64,000 nucleotides of DNA from Phoronis australis (taxonomy: Eukaryota > Animalia > Phoronida): positions 111,405 to 175,404 of the forward strand of contig NMRA01000601.1 of NCBI GenBank assembly GCA_002633005.1. The letters run 5' to 3'. The notes beneath the pieces were generated by a model, which saw only the letters and a list, made by a program, of their open reading frames with translations, did not search any database and had not been told where the DNA came from. Made by a program: the position numbers and the translations under genes. Positions 50,601 through 64,000 of this stretch are shown here, piece by piece. Positions within the stretch are counted from its first letter, which is position 1; each line of letters starts with the position of its first letter.

Positions 50601-52347
50601 GCACCAGTAGATTTACCCGAACGCCGTACAACGGGGACCACGTGTGTTTCCGGTCGTACAGGCGAGAGACTTTTTCGGGAAGAACACCACTTATTGTTAG
50701 GCATGGTTTTACTTAGCGACGATAAACTCCCAATCTTATGTACGATCGCTGGCGATTTGTCGCCGTCGCCTGCACTAGCGTCACTTTTGAGCTGCCCATT
50801 TAACCAGCTTAATGTGGTATCACTTCTCTTAATGTCTTGGGCCAGTGAAGGCGTGTATCTCGACAAAATGTCGCCAGTTTCCTCTTTTGAAATGGTTTCC
50901 GCCTCATCTTCGTCACTTCCGTCATTGAGAACGTCCAAATCGAGGCTACTGGCTACTCTCAATACAGCCACCCAGCGGTCAAGATTTGATTTTGTGTTTG
51001 TTCCGAAAACCATTTTCTCTCCCGTGATATCGTTCTCTATGACGATTTGGAATCGCTCCATTCCTGACACAGTCTTGGACGAGTCCTTCGCCCTGGCGAT
51101 GACGTCAGTCGTCATGAAATTGTCCTTGGCAGCCGAATGAAACACTAACGGCTTGATTGTGAACGCAGGTAAAACAAGCACCTGGAACAAATTGACTGTA
51201 TATATCATCATAATACAGTAAGACGAGTTTACTCGATTCTAAGCAATACAACTAATTTATGTACATGTAGAACCCCAGAAAAATGTCCAAAACTGGCTAT
51301 TTTGGAACATCATATATCAGAATGGGCTAATCGAATTCGTATGAAAATTTGAGCTATTACACTTGAGGCACTACCTAGGGATTGTTTTTGGAATGTTCCA
51401 CTTTTGCATGAGGGGCTGTCGGAAATAGGACTTATGTGATTTTTATGAAACAAATCAAAAGTTGCGACAAACGGAAACGAAATGATAATTTAGAAAACTG
51501 TAACAGCGTTTCTGAGATTTCATCTTAAAGACTTAGGTCAACTGAAATTTAGTCATTGATATTGATAATATTGTTTTGCTATGCATGTACTTTTTTGTTT
51601 TCCGAAATTTTACTAAAAAGTCATGGTCATGTGACCCATTCAATGGCAGGTTGGCATAAAGTCAAATTTTGTCAGCGTTTTACTTTCAGAAATATATACT
51701 TACATACTTTTATTGGATAATATTTCACAGTTTTTAGAAATATTTAGCTGAATGCATTGGCTTTCGACAAGGTCATACTTAACTACGGGAGGTGCAACAC
51801 TGAAAAACTGGGGGGGGGGGGCTATAGACCCCACACCCCCTATAGTGCGCCGCCCATATTAACCACAGTTCACAAATAGTGATAGAGCGTCCGAAAGGAA
51901 AAACAGTATTCGGTTCAAATAATCTCGTACCAAATGACTTCATATGAATTAGATTTTTGTACGACCACCGGTATTACGAATGGAGCCATGTTTGTTTTGT
52001 CGTCCAAACTTTCTCACCTTTGACGACTTTTCCACGGAATCATTCTCAAAAATACACAGAAGCATATCCGTGACGACGCACCACATTGGTTTTCCATTAG
52101 ACAAGTCGTTCAACCAACCAGAGTGGTCGTAGCAGACGATATCCGATTTAGTCACGTTCTCGTGCAGATGACACGTGTCCGACAGATCTTGGATTTTAGA
52201 CAGTGTCTCAACAAGGATGTTGCTATAGGACATGCGGCGAGCCATATCAGTCTTTTCTGATTTTGGTAACAGGATAAACTGTTCCGTCAGGTATGGATGG
52301 AATTCAAAGTACACATCATCGGTTTGTTGACCGCAGCTTATCGTTTT
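44657..52347 (-). CDS. Double PH-domain, coiled-coil adaptor protein (AFAP1-like architecture), about 944 aa from ATG at 52245; exons 52347-52018, 51181-49631, 49262-49058, 47841-47714, 46435-46301, 46047-45876, 45340-44976, 44707-44657
   Basis: Eight exons join in frame through GT-AG sites (phases 0,0,1,0,0,1,0). PH1: HSGWLND...MWCVVTDMLLCIFE...VLVLPAFTI...LDRWVAVL. PH2: ISGYLNQK...WSKYWCAVSKGVLYVFK...NSWIQVL. C-terminal heptads LQDQLTELKEKLTDI. Ends EEFEMLAQQVLQQKGAW*. The start codon is uncertain. Confidence 0.85.
45477..45813. mobile_element. Kolobok-type MITE copy (intronic)
   Basis: TTAA|AAGGATACCAAACCC...GGGTCTGGTATCCTT|TTAA. Confidence 0.8.
47066..47220 (-). mobile_element. MITE family A copy (inverted)
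   Basis: Reverse complement of 24477-24634. Confidence 0.8.
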
Positions 52348-53180
52348 CTGAAAAAAAGAAAACAAAATCATTAGGTTTTTAAGTAATGAGTTAATTAACA
52401 TGTTTGTTGCACTTGAAAATGTTAGTGGCAAGTAGATCTCAACCAACGATTGCGCAGGAACGTTATTCTCGGATAAATGATTCACCCTTTCGTATTCTTT
52501 ATTTATATAAACTTCTTAAAAAAGACTCGGTGACCACTTCTGTGAATATAATGATGAGCAGACGCCTACAGTCTTGAACCGCTCGCTAAGTCCCAATATT
52601 TCTCAGTGTTTGAATACGTGGACATTGGGCGTGTTCATGACGGCAGCCGCCATCCCGTTGCAAGTAAGCGATAGAACCTCTGTAGGCAATCGTTCATTTG
52701 GTACCAGGCAGCCAGAAACACTCGCTCTAGTATTGTAATTGTGAGAATCTCTGACTGCTTTGAATTTAGTAGTGAGGTATATTTGGTGTAAGGTTATGTG
52801 TGGCTTTGTACACCATAAGGTTTAAATGAAAGTCACGCCTGCTAGCCAGGCTACACCAACGAAGAGGTCAGTAATGGGAATATCACAATAAGGGTCACAC
52901 TATAGTCAGAGATGGTAACTATAAAATCTTTGCTATAGTTGAGTATCATCCTTCCAACCTCGTTTTGAATTTTTTAAGTGAATCCTGGAGGTATGGTGCG
53001 CTATTACCCCACACAACATCAGTGTCAGGTACAAGGAAGTTTCTTAAAAATGTGGCAAACGAAGCTTTATCTACATTTCTGACAGTTAAGTTAGCTTTTT
53101 ACTTTCATTGAATTGGTAACATAATATTCTTTACCGTGGTAGGAGTCTATAATTACAGGTTTGCCGCTGGGACTAAGTGC

Positions 53181-54088
53181 CGCTCCTAAATTGCGGGCGT
53201 ATAGACACTTTTCACGGCCCGTGTTTTACGAGCATAATCGATTAGGTTGCACGTCATGTGAGGTCTTAAACCGTTGTACGCCCGTAAAATGACGCTCATA
53301 AATTACGCTGGTTTCAGTGGCGGATTTAAGGGGCGCGGGGGAAGCAAGTAGCCCATGCCCCCCTCAAATTCCACCAGATTCCATTTGGCAGTTCTGGGGT
53401 GCAAATGTCTGACGGGCAAAATCCTGGCTAATACTCTGCCCTGCCCCCCCTAACTTAAACTCCTGGATCCGCCCCTGCGGTCTATCACTTTCATGAAACG
53501 ACTACCGTTAAGTGGGACCTTATCGAATCGACAAGTCTGTAATTTTTGACAAATATCTACATAACATTAAATTTGAACTCAGGAGAAGTATTCATATTCT
53601 GAAAGTAAAAATTCAGCAAAAAAGAAAGCTACTACAGCTAAACAGTATCAGTAACATAACAATATTTCGTCTCATATAAATATCCAAAATAAAATCTCAA
53701 ATACTCTGGTACAGTTTTCTAAATCATCACTTCGTTTTCATTTTATGCAATTTTTGAAAGTTTTCATAAAATCACTAAAGTCCTGTTTTTGATATCCTCT
53801 CACTACAAAAGTGAAATATTCTGAAAACAAACCCTAAGAGTGTTTTTGTACATATAGCAATTATCTGAAAGCTTCATTTCGAAGAGATGATGTTCCTAAG
53901 TTTGCCACACTTGGACATTTTACTAGGGACCCACATTACCCTAACATATCTAATCTTACGAGGATATATTGTAAATATAGGCTAGTAATTCAAGCTTGTA
54001 TTTTACACTCATGAAGTGCGCTCGTAATTCACGCTCCTAAAACACGAGTGTGAAAATTGTCTTTATAAGCCCGTAATTTACGAGCGTT
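53181..54088. mobile_element. Element of about 0.9 kb with inverted ends of about 60 bp, hosting a nested MITE
   Basis: CGCTCCTAAATTGCGGGCGTATAGACACTTTTCAC...CGTGTTTTA vs TAAAACACGAGTGTGAAAATTGTCTTTATAAGCCCGTAATTTACGAGCG. Confidence 0.55.
53315..53477. mobile_element. MITE family C (CAGTGGCGGAT...ATCCGCCCCTG)
   Basis: Short TIRs; second copy at 58861-59008 with the same interior. Confidence 0.75.
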
Positions 54089-57000
54089 ATTTACGGGCGA
54101 AGCATTCCTCCCAGCGGCCAACGATAACGTCTAATAAACCATCAACGCTTCAGAGTTTATTGCAGATGGCTAACCCTTTGGGATAATGAAATATCTGATC
54201 CGATTTTCGTTTTTCATCCAGCTAAACGGAGAGAGGTAAAGCTTTAAGTGATTCTCAGAAAACGAATTTGTGCTGTGTTTGAATATTGCGCTAGTCGCGG
54301 CAAAAGTTAATACACCTCGCCTGCAGCCAGTTATAATTGCAAGTGGTAGATACGGATTAGCGGACCTTTTGGTTTGCCCTCCACTCCCCGTCATCGCAAA
54401 CTTTCCACTCGCTCCACAGAATCTTACAGAATCAGACGAACTATTCCTTAGCTCCTAATTTCAAGCAATTGAACAAATGAAAATAATTCGTGTATGTATG
54501 CGTTCAGTATGGTATTTTGGAAAATTCGGAATATCCAAATAGGACAGAACGCGATGATTTTAAGAAAATAGGTAACAATAGGAGTCAAAAATCAAGTCAA
54601 AACGAATGGTTTTGAGCAGTGGTTCATTCTTTCAGAAAAATGGCCTTGTTTTGACGCGTGAATGTGAATTTCATCCCCTTTTACGGTCTGAACATTGGAA
54701 TCACGAAATTGTCTTAAATTGCCACCTGTAGGCCACATCACGTTTAAGATTTACAAAACCATATAAACTGTCTTAAAGTTTCCTTTGCAACAGTAACAAA
54801 TTGATTTCAACAAAAGGAGATGAAATGTCATCAGACATTGAAATCATCCAGTTTTGGCATGTTTGGCCACCCCCATCAAATACGATGGCTTTTTGTCACT
54901 CCTTTTACTTGTAGACGCCCTAAACGATGCCGTTTTTGTAATTTCCGTTTTAGGTAGAAAGTAAAAAGGAAAGACTGAAAGTTGCAGAGCACTTCCAGAG
55001 TAACACTGAATATTTCACTCTCATGCCCTGTCCAGCTAACTTTTCTACCAATTTGAACTCCCGAAAGGAGTCTTAACGAATCTTCTTAAAATTTCTTGAG
55101 GTATAATCCTGAAACGGTGAACCCACGCTGCTAAATCAGCCATTTTTTGACTTCTGTATTTTTCTTAAACATTGTTCTAACCCCTATACGACATAAATCC
55201 CTTCAAAATATTTTTATCAAATTGCTACGAACTTTCTACTGACATAAATGACGAATTATGTTCCCATTCACAATTTATTGGAAATATGGAGCGAGAAATT
55301 TTTTTCATATTTTGTGTAGTTCTGAAACAAAATTATCCCAGCTCAGAATGAAGCTGTTCTGGAGTGGCCATGGGCGGTCCCTTGAGCGGACCTCAACTGC
55401 CGGTGAGTTGGTGCGTTCGCACCCGCAGCGCTCCCCTCAGCTACGGGCATAAACTACAGTAAGAGCCAATATTGTCGGTTCTTAGATTTGCATAACCTCA
55501 AATCCTCAGTTAACTTTCTGTTCTCCGGAAGATTACGTCATTACATGTTCAAATCACAGTTCCAAAGTTGGGTACGAAGTTTCAGGTTATTTCTATAAGC
55601 ACGTGTACTATTACATTTTACATTATGGCGTTTTTGCTTCGTTAGCTATCATAACACGGGGCTAACTAATAGAAATCTATTTTTAAACAGTTGTACGAAT
55701 GGCTAAAAATGATACAGAGAATATTAGCGTAAAGAAGTACGGCGACCGTATTGTGCAAATAACTGCGCACTGTTTAGGTAACCCGCTTTTTTCTGTGAAG
55801 TCTTTGTCAAGCAATACGACTTGCAAAAAGTTAGCGACGGCTCGTGAATGCGTTCGTAGGGAAAGAAACAACACTGGGATTTTATGATTAGCAAACCGCG
55901 ATGATTGAAACTGCTCCTTGACGTGCAGGGGCTCGTATTGGTTTCACAGGGGCATTGGAATGTTCTTCCTAAGCCCAGACGAATTAGCACAACCGACCGT
56001 GATATATATACATTTGTTTATGTATGCACGAAATAAAAATTTACTCGCAATCTAATAACAGGTTATTTTTTCAGTTGGAAAAATGAGTGCTCCCCGACCG
56101 TGAATAGCCTGGAAAGCAAATAATAAACACATTTACAGCAGAAAAAATATTTTAATCACGCCCTACACTGAGATGGGTAATGAATAACCGGAATGAAAAG
56201 GTTCATTTAAAACAGGGATGCCTGATATTCATGGTCTTTGGGGTCAAATATCAAGAACATTGGAAGCAAGCATACCAATTTTGTTCCCTTAAGGAGCAAA
56301 AATTTTTGACCTGGGCCACTTACTGTTACTAAATCGGCCTCATATTTTCCTTATTCAGATTATAAAACGGTTTCTAGGTTTAATGTGAACTGAGAGGTCG
56401 TTAGTGTCTGAGACCACGGCTGGTTAGTTCAGTCGCTAAAGCAATATCAACCTCAAAGGAATCCCTGGTAATTTATTGTCACCAATTTCAGTTCAGATAA
56501 ATACCGCAGTGACGATGCTTTGGAAAAGCAAGTATGGCAGAGCAGAAAGTTTTTATGACTAGAACATGGTTTGTGTGGATTGCTCACTCTTCAGGCTCGC
56601 AAGCCTGGGGTACAGAGTTGCGCTGTTACGAAAGAAGGTACTCAACTGTTAAGATTTGTAAGAAACTGCAACAATTGTTACGGATTAATCCAAAATGATT
56701 GAGTGACACTGAACCGTCTACTTTTTGATAAACGGGAATTGAAATATAATTACGTGACCTGTGTGCGATTGCCTCTGCATTTTAGAACTTATGTCTTGGT
56801 GGAATGACGCTTCAACACGATATTTCTTTTAAGAATGGGGATCGGTTTTCCATTAAGAGCAACAATTTTAGTGTTCATAAATTTAATTGACGAATGAATT
56901 TATATTTTTCAGCAATTCAAATCACAATTGAACATGGATTTTCACACCAACATCCCGAAGGATACTCCCATGTAAGGCGCTGAGGCGCGTAAGGGAAAGT

Positions 57001-58860
57001 GAACCTCAGAGGGATGACGTTTACAAGAATACGTGCGAAAAGATGGTGGTTTTGAAAGGATGACTTCGCTCCAAAACGCGCGGCCATCCCAACATCCTAT
57101 CTTCCTTCTACGTCCACGATAGTCGATCACCCTCCACCCTCGAGCTCATTTCGTGAAGTTGAAATTGAGCAATATAAAGTTGATGGCCTTCAGTTTTTAA
57201 ATGTCACTTCATTTCTGATGCTCCTTATCTTACCAAGTTTCATTGGAGTCAAGCGGAACTTCATAAACCTGTTTAACGTGGCGATAAGGCGATAATGAGA
57301 TGAAGGATCACAGACCCCTTCCATAAGCCGGGTGGCCTCAATTGCCATTATACACACAATATTACTGTCAAAATCCCCACCACTATCGAGAACAGCAGCC
57401 ACAGGAACTTGAAATACAAGTTTATGTTTATTCTGCATACTCTGAGTCATTTACTGAAATAATGTAAGTCGTATTCTGAAAGTTTCCAGACAAAATGTTC
57501 TTTTTTTGCCGTAAGCAAGTATTTTACATTTAGTCCACATTAATTAGCGTCTTTATTTAAATCACACCACTCTTCCGGCAAGAATATTTTTTATGGCCAA
57601 GAAGATTGCCCGAAAATGTTGAATCGTTATGCATCTGAACCAAAAATTGTTAAGTCAGTACAAGTGAACCGGCGAAACTAATGTAACTATAATTAAATAC
57701 CCTAACGAGCGTTCCCATGTCGGTCGACAGATTGCTCATAACAAGGCGAGGCAGGGCCCGAGTATACAGTATCTGGGTAACTATTCTCAAAACTTGATTT
57801 GGCGTAAACGAGTTTTACGTAAGATACGTGTGTAACTGTAGCGTACTTCTCTAGTCTTTGACGGGCGTGTAATAATGACCGTTTTATTGCAACGAAATCA
57901 AGCGAACAGTTCGCGACGCCTGTTCAGTAAATATACAACAACTTCAAATGTTATGAATGGGCGCTAGTATTTGATTTCAAAATAAATAATTCACAGTTGA
58001 AAATACACGTATTTCAAAATCGCAACGATAACAGCAAGAGGCTCTCAGTGTACAGGTGGATAAGAGGTAATTATAAATAATGTTACCTCCAAACATTACC
58101 GATGACGATGTTGTATCTGCCCCAACAGCTAGACCCGAACTCACGACATCAGACCGGGTAGCAGTCCAGCGCATTGCTAGTAGAGCTAAAAGCCAGTGCC
58201 GCAGGCTTCGATTTCAGTTTAATTCCACCGAATGACAGGAATCCCTTGTCAGGAATAGGCAATTCATAATAGGATCACAAAAAGCACATCGCTTTTTCCA
58301 TCTGTTAAAGCTAAGTCTGTCCAACTCGGTAATCCCAAAATACGTTTTCCGCCCTAAAATCGACTGTAACTTTTAAAGCTGCTTAATGTCAAAAAGCAAT
58401 TTTAAACACCCACTGCTATGAAACCGGTCCCATCTTGTCCCTCATATAAGCTAGACATCATTTCTACGCTACAGGCCCAAGGATCTGTTCTAAGAAACCG
58501 AGTTAAGTTTATTTTGACTTACGTTTGAGATTTGTCTTAACTTCCAAATTTTGAAACTTTCACTTTCGGTAAGCTTGTCAAAATAAAACAAAATTTATGT
58601 CAAACACTTGATTCAAACTTAAGATCTCTTTCTTGAATTGGATTTGAGACAAAGTTAACTTTTATTTTAAAATCTACTAAAGTTTAAGATTTGCCTAGGC
58701 TAAGTCAGTTTTGTTGGAACGGGCCCCAGTTACATAAAGTTATACGCCGTATAGCAACAATGACGTCGCATTATCACGCGTCACGGTGTTATTGTTGAAC
58801 AATGCACCTGACGTTATGCAACAATTAAACTTATCCAACGGATAACTTTGCAGTTTTGCG

Positions 58861-59008
58861 CAGTGGCGGATTTAGAGGGGGGCCATGCCCCCCTAAAATC
58901 CTACCAGATTACATTTGGCAGTTCGGGGGTGCGAATGTCTGACTGACAATATTCTGGCTAATACTCTGCCCTGCCCCCCCCCTAACTCAAAATCCTGGAT
59001 CCGCCCCT
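58861..59008. mobile_element. MITE family C copy
   Basis: Homologous to 53315-53477. Confidence 0.75.
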
Positions 59009-61530
59009 GTTGTGCATCCAGTATTGCTTCAGACTAGGCTCACGGCGTGTCAGTGTCAGTCGCTAAGGCAGCATGCCGGGTTGGCAGTGATTTATTGAAA
59101 TTAATCTCCACCCAAAGACTGAGAATGAGAAAACTACTTGGAGACATGATGACACTTTGACTTTCTGTAAGATCACCCAGTGTACCAATGCAATGTGCAC
59201 CTCGATTCCCAAATCAGTCTGGACCACTCTTGTACTGGGACGAAGTTATTGATACCGATAGCATTTGAAACTTTAAAGCATGTTTGAAACTACTTTACTT
59301 CGGTTAAGCCACGCCTATTCTCATCACCTCGCGAAGATGCGGTATTATCTTGTCAACTTGTACAATAAGGCAATTTTAGTACAAAAAATTATATCTCACT
59401 ACGTAAAACAGCAGTTAACCATTTAAAAGTTAAATTAAATTTGAAATTTTCTCCAAAACATAACAGCCTGCAACCGTCAACAACAGTGAATACTTGCCAA
59501 TAATGACTAATGTCATTAGTTATTTTAGTGCACGTGTCTTCATCGGGTCAGCACTTATCACTTACGTATGAACTGTAAAGATTAGGGCACTCGATATAAC
59601 AGAATTGTTACGTGATATTTAAAAGCCTCCAAATATCTCAGTAAGACATTGGTGCTTACTTCGTGTATCCATTTGCTTCACTGTGTGTAGCGAAACTGTT
59701 GAAACTGACATAACACTGTCATCGAGAAAAATATATCGCAGCAATACGTGCTAAGTAAAGTTGACCTTGTGATTGTTATCTTTCGGGATTGGCTTTAGAG
59801 TTTTGTTTATAGCCTCTTGAAGGTGCTATCAGAATATCTACTTTAAAATACGTTGTTTGATACGAGACTGAAACAACACCTACGCCAGTTCTTCGCCCAA
59901 CAGCCTACATCCCGTTTAAAAACATCCTCCTGGGACCAATCTTAAGTATATGTATCTTAGTTAGTATGGGTTTGTTTATCATCCGCAGGATGGATGGGGC
60001 GGGAGAGGGGTGCCTCAATTTCAAAATTCAAAAATTCATCGCCATGCAGTGAAATATCAGGGCGGGGACACGAAAATGAAAGGACTACTCGAGACGCGAC
60101 GAGGCGTTAAAAAATCACACGCGAAACATTACCAAGACCATTCACTAAGCCTCGATCGTTTCCCGAGACGAGTTCTAAAGCCAAATTGCCCACCCTGAGG
60201 CGATATACCTGACTGGGTACAACATGTAACAGATATGGCCTCCCTGCCCATTCCTTCTACGTGGGTCAGAAACATTAGTATTGTACGAAATCCTCAAGAA
60301 AGAAAACAAGGGTACTAGGCCCATGGCCCATGGCTGTTAAAATATCCTTATTGTTGACACGGTTATAAAGTATAAACACCTGTCTGCCTGTGAGCTTACC
60401 TTTCGGTCGTCCTCACAGCGACTGGTTCATTCGATTTATGAGTTCGCCACGAAGACGTGTCCATTCATACTAATTTGCCAGTTGAAGACAAATCGGCAAA
60501 TGCCCTTGAGAATTGCTCCATCACGCTCTAACCTAGTTTCAACTCCTTTTGTGGCTAATTTTCAATATAGAAGTGGATAATTCATTTCACGTATGTTTGT
60601 ATGTTGACGATCAGAAGGAGCCTTCAAAGCCAGTTCTATAGGCTCTCTAAACACGTCTCTGTACGATTGACAAAGAATCGATTCATCAGCTCACCTTTTT
60701 ATAACACTTGTTCTTGTAAATACTGCAACCGATATGCAGTCAATAACAAACCGATCAAAAGCCAAGTGGATGGCGTCTTTGTTTAGGTCAATTACCACGC
60801 GGTTGGAGAAAATATGTCGGAATCAACGATGCGTAAGCGTTTCATCCTGAACGAAAATAGTCGTGGTGAGAGTCTCCGTAGAATCTCCACCGCAAGACGA
60901 TTTATAACGGTGTTGTACCGGACTATGAAATGACCCAGTGACCACTGGTAGCCAGTTGTCCAGTTTTGTACCTATACTAAACACTACTATCGGGCACGAG
61001 AACAACGGGAGATTTGATAACTCAGATATCAACGGTGGAGCATAATGAAAAGGCATTATGCAAGGCTAAAATCCCACTGAGTGACAACTGCGTTGCAAGA
61101 GCGACGAGAATATTTACCTTGGGGGTATTTTCAATGTAGGGATACTAATCCCTTTGTTAAATTCCAGTTAACTGAACTACATGTAATTACATTTTCATTT
61201 CCACGAATTGTTTGGTCCACGTGAAATTCTTAACTGAAATGATTCGCCCAAATGACAGCCAGGAGCGACTGGTCAAAAGGGAGGCACATGTAGTTTAATT
61301 AACACGTTTAAATGAAACAATTAGGCTTGATAAACTCTTACTGTGTCTTATTTATTTCCGGTCTCTTAAGTAATCACTGCTACATAAAGACCCTGAGTTT
61401 GCAAGTAGATGAAAGAATTTTCCCAAGAGGTAGGGTGTAAAACCATCACTAAATTAACCCAAAGTGCATACAGGAATATCATTACTTTTCAGGCTATTGA
61501 ATACCTGCGACAAAAGAAGTTAGATTCGGT

Positions 61531-62516
61531 NNNNNNNNNNNNNNNNNNNNNNNNNNNNNNNNNNNNNNNNNNNNNNNNNNNNNNNNNNNNNNNNNNNNNN
61601 NNNNNNNNNNNNNNNNNNNNNNNNNNNNNNNNNNNNNNNNNNNNNNNNNNNNNNNNNNNNNNNNNNNNNNNNNNNNNNNNNNNNNNNNNNNNNNNNNNNN
61701 NNNNNNNNNNNNNNNNNNNNNNNNNNNNNNNNNNNNNNNNNNNNNNNNNNNNNNNNNNNNNNNNNNNNNNNNNNNNNNNNNNNNNNNNNNNNNNNNNNNN
61801 NNNNNNNNNNNNNNNNNNNNNNNNNNNNNNNNNNNNNNNNNNNNNNNNNNNNNNNNNNNNNNNNNNNNNNNNNNNNNNNNNNNNNNNNNNNNNNNNNNNN
61901 NNNNNNNNNNNNNNNNNNNNNNNNNNNNNNNNNNNNNNNNNNNNNNNNNNNNNNNNNNNNNNNNNNNNNNNNNNNNNNNNNNNNNNNNNNNNNNNNNNNN
62001 NNNNNNNNNNNNNNNNNNNNNNNNNNNNNNNNNNNNNNNNNNNNNNNNNNNNNNNNNNNNNNNNNNNNNNNNNNNNNNNNNNNNNNNNNNNNNNNNNNNN
62101 NNNNNNNNNNNNNNNNNNNNNNNNNNNNNNNNNNNNNNNNNNNNNNNNNNNNNNNNNNNNNNNNNNNNNNNNNNNNNNNNNNNNNNNNNNNNNNNNNNNN
62201 NNNNNNNNNNNNNNNNNNNNNNNNNNNNNNNNNNNNNNNNNNNNNNNNNNNNNNNNNNNNNNNNNNNNNNNNNNNNNNNNNNNNNNNNNNNNNNNNNNNN
62301 NNNNNNNNNNNNNNNNNNNNNNNNNNNNNNNNNNNNNNNNNNNNNNNNNNNNNNNNNNNNNNNNNNNNNNNNNNNNNNNNNNNNNNNNNNNNNNNNNNNN
62401 NNNNNNNNNNNNNNNNNNNNNNNNNNNNNNNNNNNNNNNNNNNNNNNNNNNNNNNNNNNNNNNNNNNNNNNNNNNNNNNNNNNNNNNNNNNNNNNNNNNN
62501 NNNNNNNNNNNNNNNN
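61531..62516. other. Assembly gap (N run)
   Basis: Run of N. Confidence 0.99.
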
Positions 62517-64000
62517 AGATGCAATAACATTCCTATTGAGACAAAATTTTGATGCAAAAGATGTATGAAACTTCTGCGGCAAGCTTGTAATCTCGGGCAG
62601 TTCAAAACACACGGAAACTTCAAGAGTCAGTTTATGAGTAGCAAAATCGCTCAAACCCTTACCAGAAGGGAGTCGGCATAGTTGCTCAAACTGATCCCAA
62701 GCTCGCGTCCATATTTGCTGAGGCACGATTCGTGCGCTTCACATACACACTCCGATCCCTGAATGTTGTCGGGCAAAAAAATCATCACGTAGGCTTATGT
62801 CCAACTGTCGCATAACTCTGTTTGACAGTCATCATTTGTGCAAACACTGACAGTGGAAATGCTGGATCTTGTTCCTGATTTAAGCAAATCATACGAGGAC
62901 ATGCAATAAGTTGAACGAACCAGTGTTGACCTCACTTGATCAACACTTACCGGAATTGGGGATAATAAAAGCTTGTATAGATATATAATAGTTGAAGGAT
63001 CGATATTGATATTATGGTCAAGGTTTATCAACTTGTTCATTGTGCAAATAGACATGGCAAACAAGTCTTTGAATAAAAAACCAACATGGCCGCGAAGACG
63101 TGACGTCATTGATCCTTACGTGAATGGTGGTGCAGCGAATGATTTACGAGTGACGTAAACAACTGATCCAGGTAGCTCTGGCTATTTTTGAGAATTTTAA
63201 GTAGACTACGCTCTCTCGAGTTTTTCTCTGACCCGTTAAGAAGGAGACGGAAGAACTGTGGTTGCACTATATGCATGATGTCCGGCAGCCTCACATACGA
63301 AACCGTAATTGTAGACTGTCCAGAATCCTTTGAACCCGCTCTGCCAATCTTCAGTAAAACTTTGAAAAATGAAATTTGTACAGAACACACTCATGTACAC
63401 ATACTTCAACAACAGATCACGGAATAGCAAGGAATAATTTCTAACAACCATATTTAATTCGCTCATTCGTTCTTCGCATTTTATGTCAAAACAAATATTT
63501 GTGCGAACATTTTCCAAGAACTTTCGTCATGATACCCCAACCAGTGTGATTACCAATGCTTATCTGCACGGCTTAAAATTCCTGCTTGAACTTGAAGCCC
63601 TTGAAAGTTTCACCTTTGCTTGATTTGAAGAATCCCTACTCAACTGTCTCGACCAATTACCTAGCCCCCTCCGCGATATGATGAATTGATCCGTATAATT
63701 CGCTTGTAATCTCCCTCCGATCGTTAACCTCGTCCTCGGTATGAATTCCACTGGGTGATGGATCGCAGTGACCACAGCTTCAAGCGGACCAGGTAATATT
63801 AAGAAAGGTCTATCTTTACCAACACGACAGCGATCAAAAATGATTAGTCAGTGTTGCTGGAATGAGTTGAATTATCTAAACATCGCATGATGTCCAGGAT
63901 GCAGCCGTGTCCAAAAATACAAATATTACATTTCTACCCTCTGATTTTGAAATTTTCGTATGATTGCTGATATTCAAAGTTTGGGCCAATTTTAAATCAA

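Noticed and set aside
50571-51140. 189-aa + strand ORF
   Set aside because: Antisense shadow of the large PH-gene exon.
56942-57450. Two short minus-strand ORFs
   Set aside because: No recognisable motif or splice context.
61409-62726. Long ORFs of 367-410 aa
   Set aside because: Artefacts of translating through the N gap.

Overview
Eukaryotic, intron-rich, AT-rich invertebrate genomic DNA (lophotrochozoan-like; this is an inference), not prokaryotic. I reconstructed four spliced genes by hand, with GT-AG sites and matching exon phases. (1-2) Two tandem + strand paralogs encode a WSC domain fused to a CHST-type (GlcNAc/Gal-6-O) carbohydrate sulfotransferase: copy 1 at 3210-6115 (first exon not found) and copy 2 at 12765-18915 (complete, type II membrane anchor, 481 aa). 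(3) A 4-exon transgelin/calponin-family (myophilin/MP20-like) gene lies on the - strand at 20625-32824 (198 aa). (4) An 8-exon double-PH plus coiled-coil adaptor gene (AFAP1-like architecture) lies on the - strand at 44657-52347. There is also an uninterrupted 924-codon orphan ORF (37685-40459, -) carrying PP1-docking-like motifs. The rest is a mosaic of transposon debris: Kolobok-type TTAA MITEs, a MITE with an 8-bp TSD, an AcademX-like XPG relic, a THAP relic, a Penelope GIY-YIG relic followed by a hammerhead-like motif, a foldback with two hammerhead-like arms, tRNA-derived SINEs and a mixed-orientation minisatellite. Assembly features are a probable haplotype duplication at N15656 and a gap at 61531-62516.
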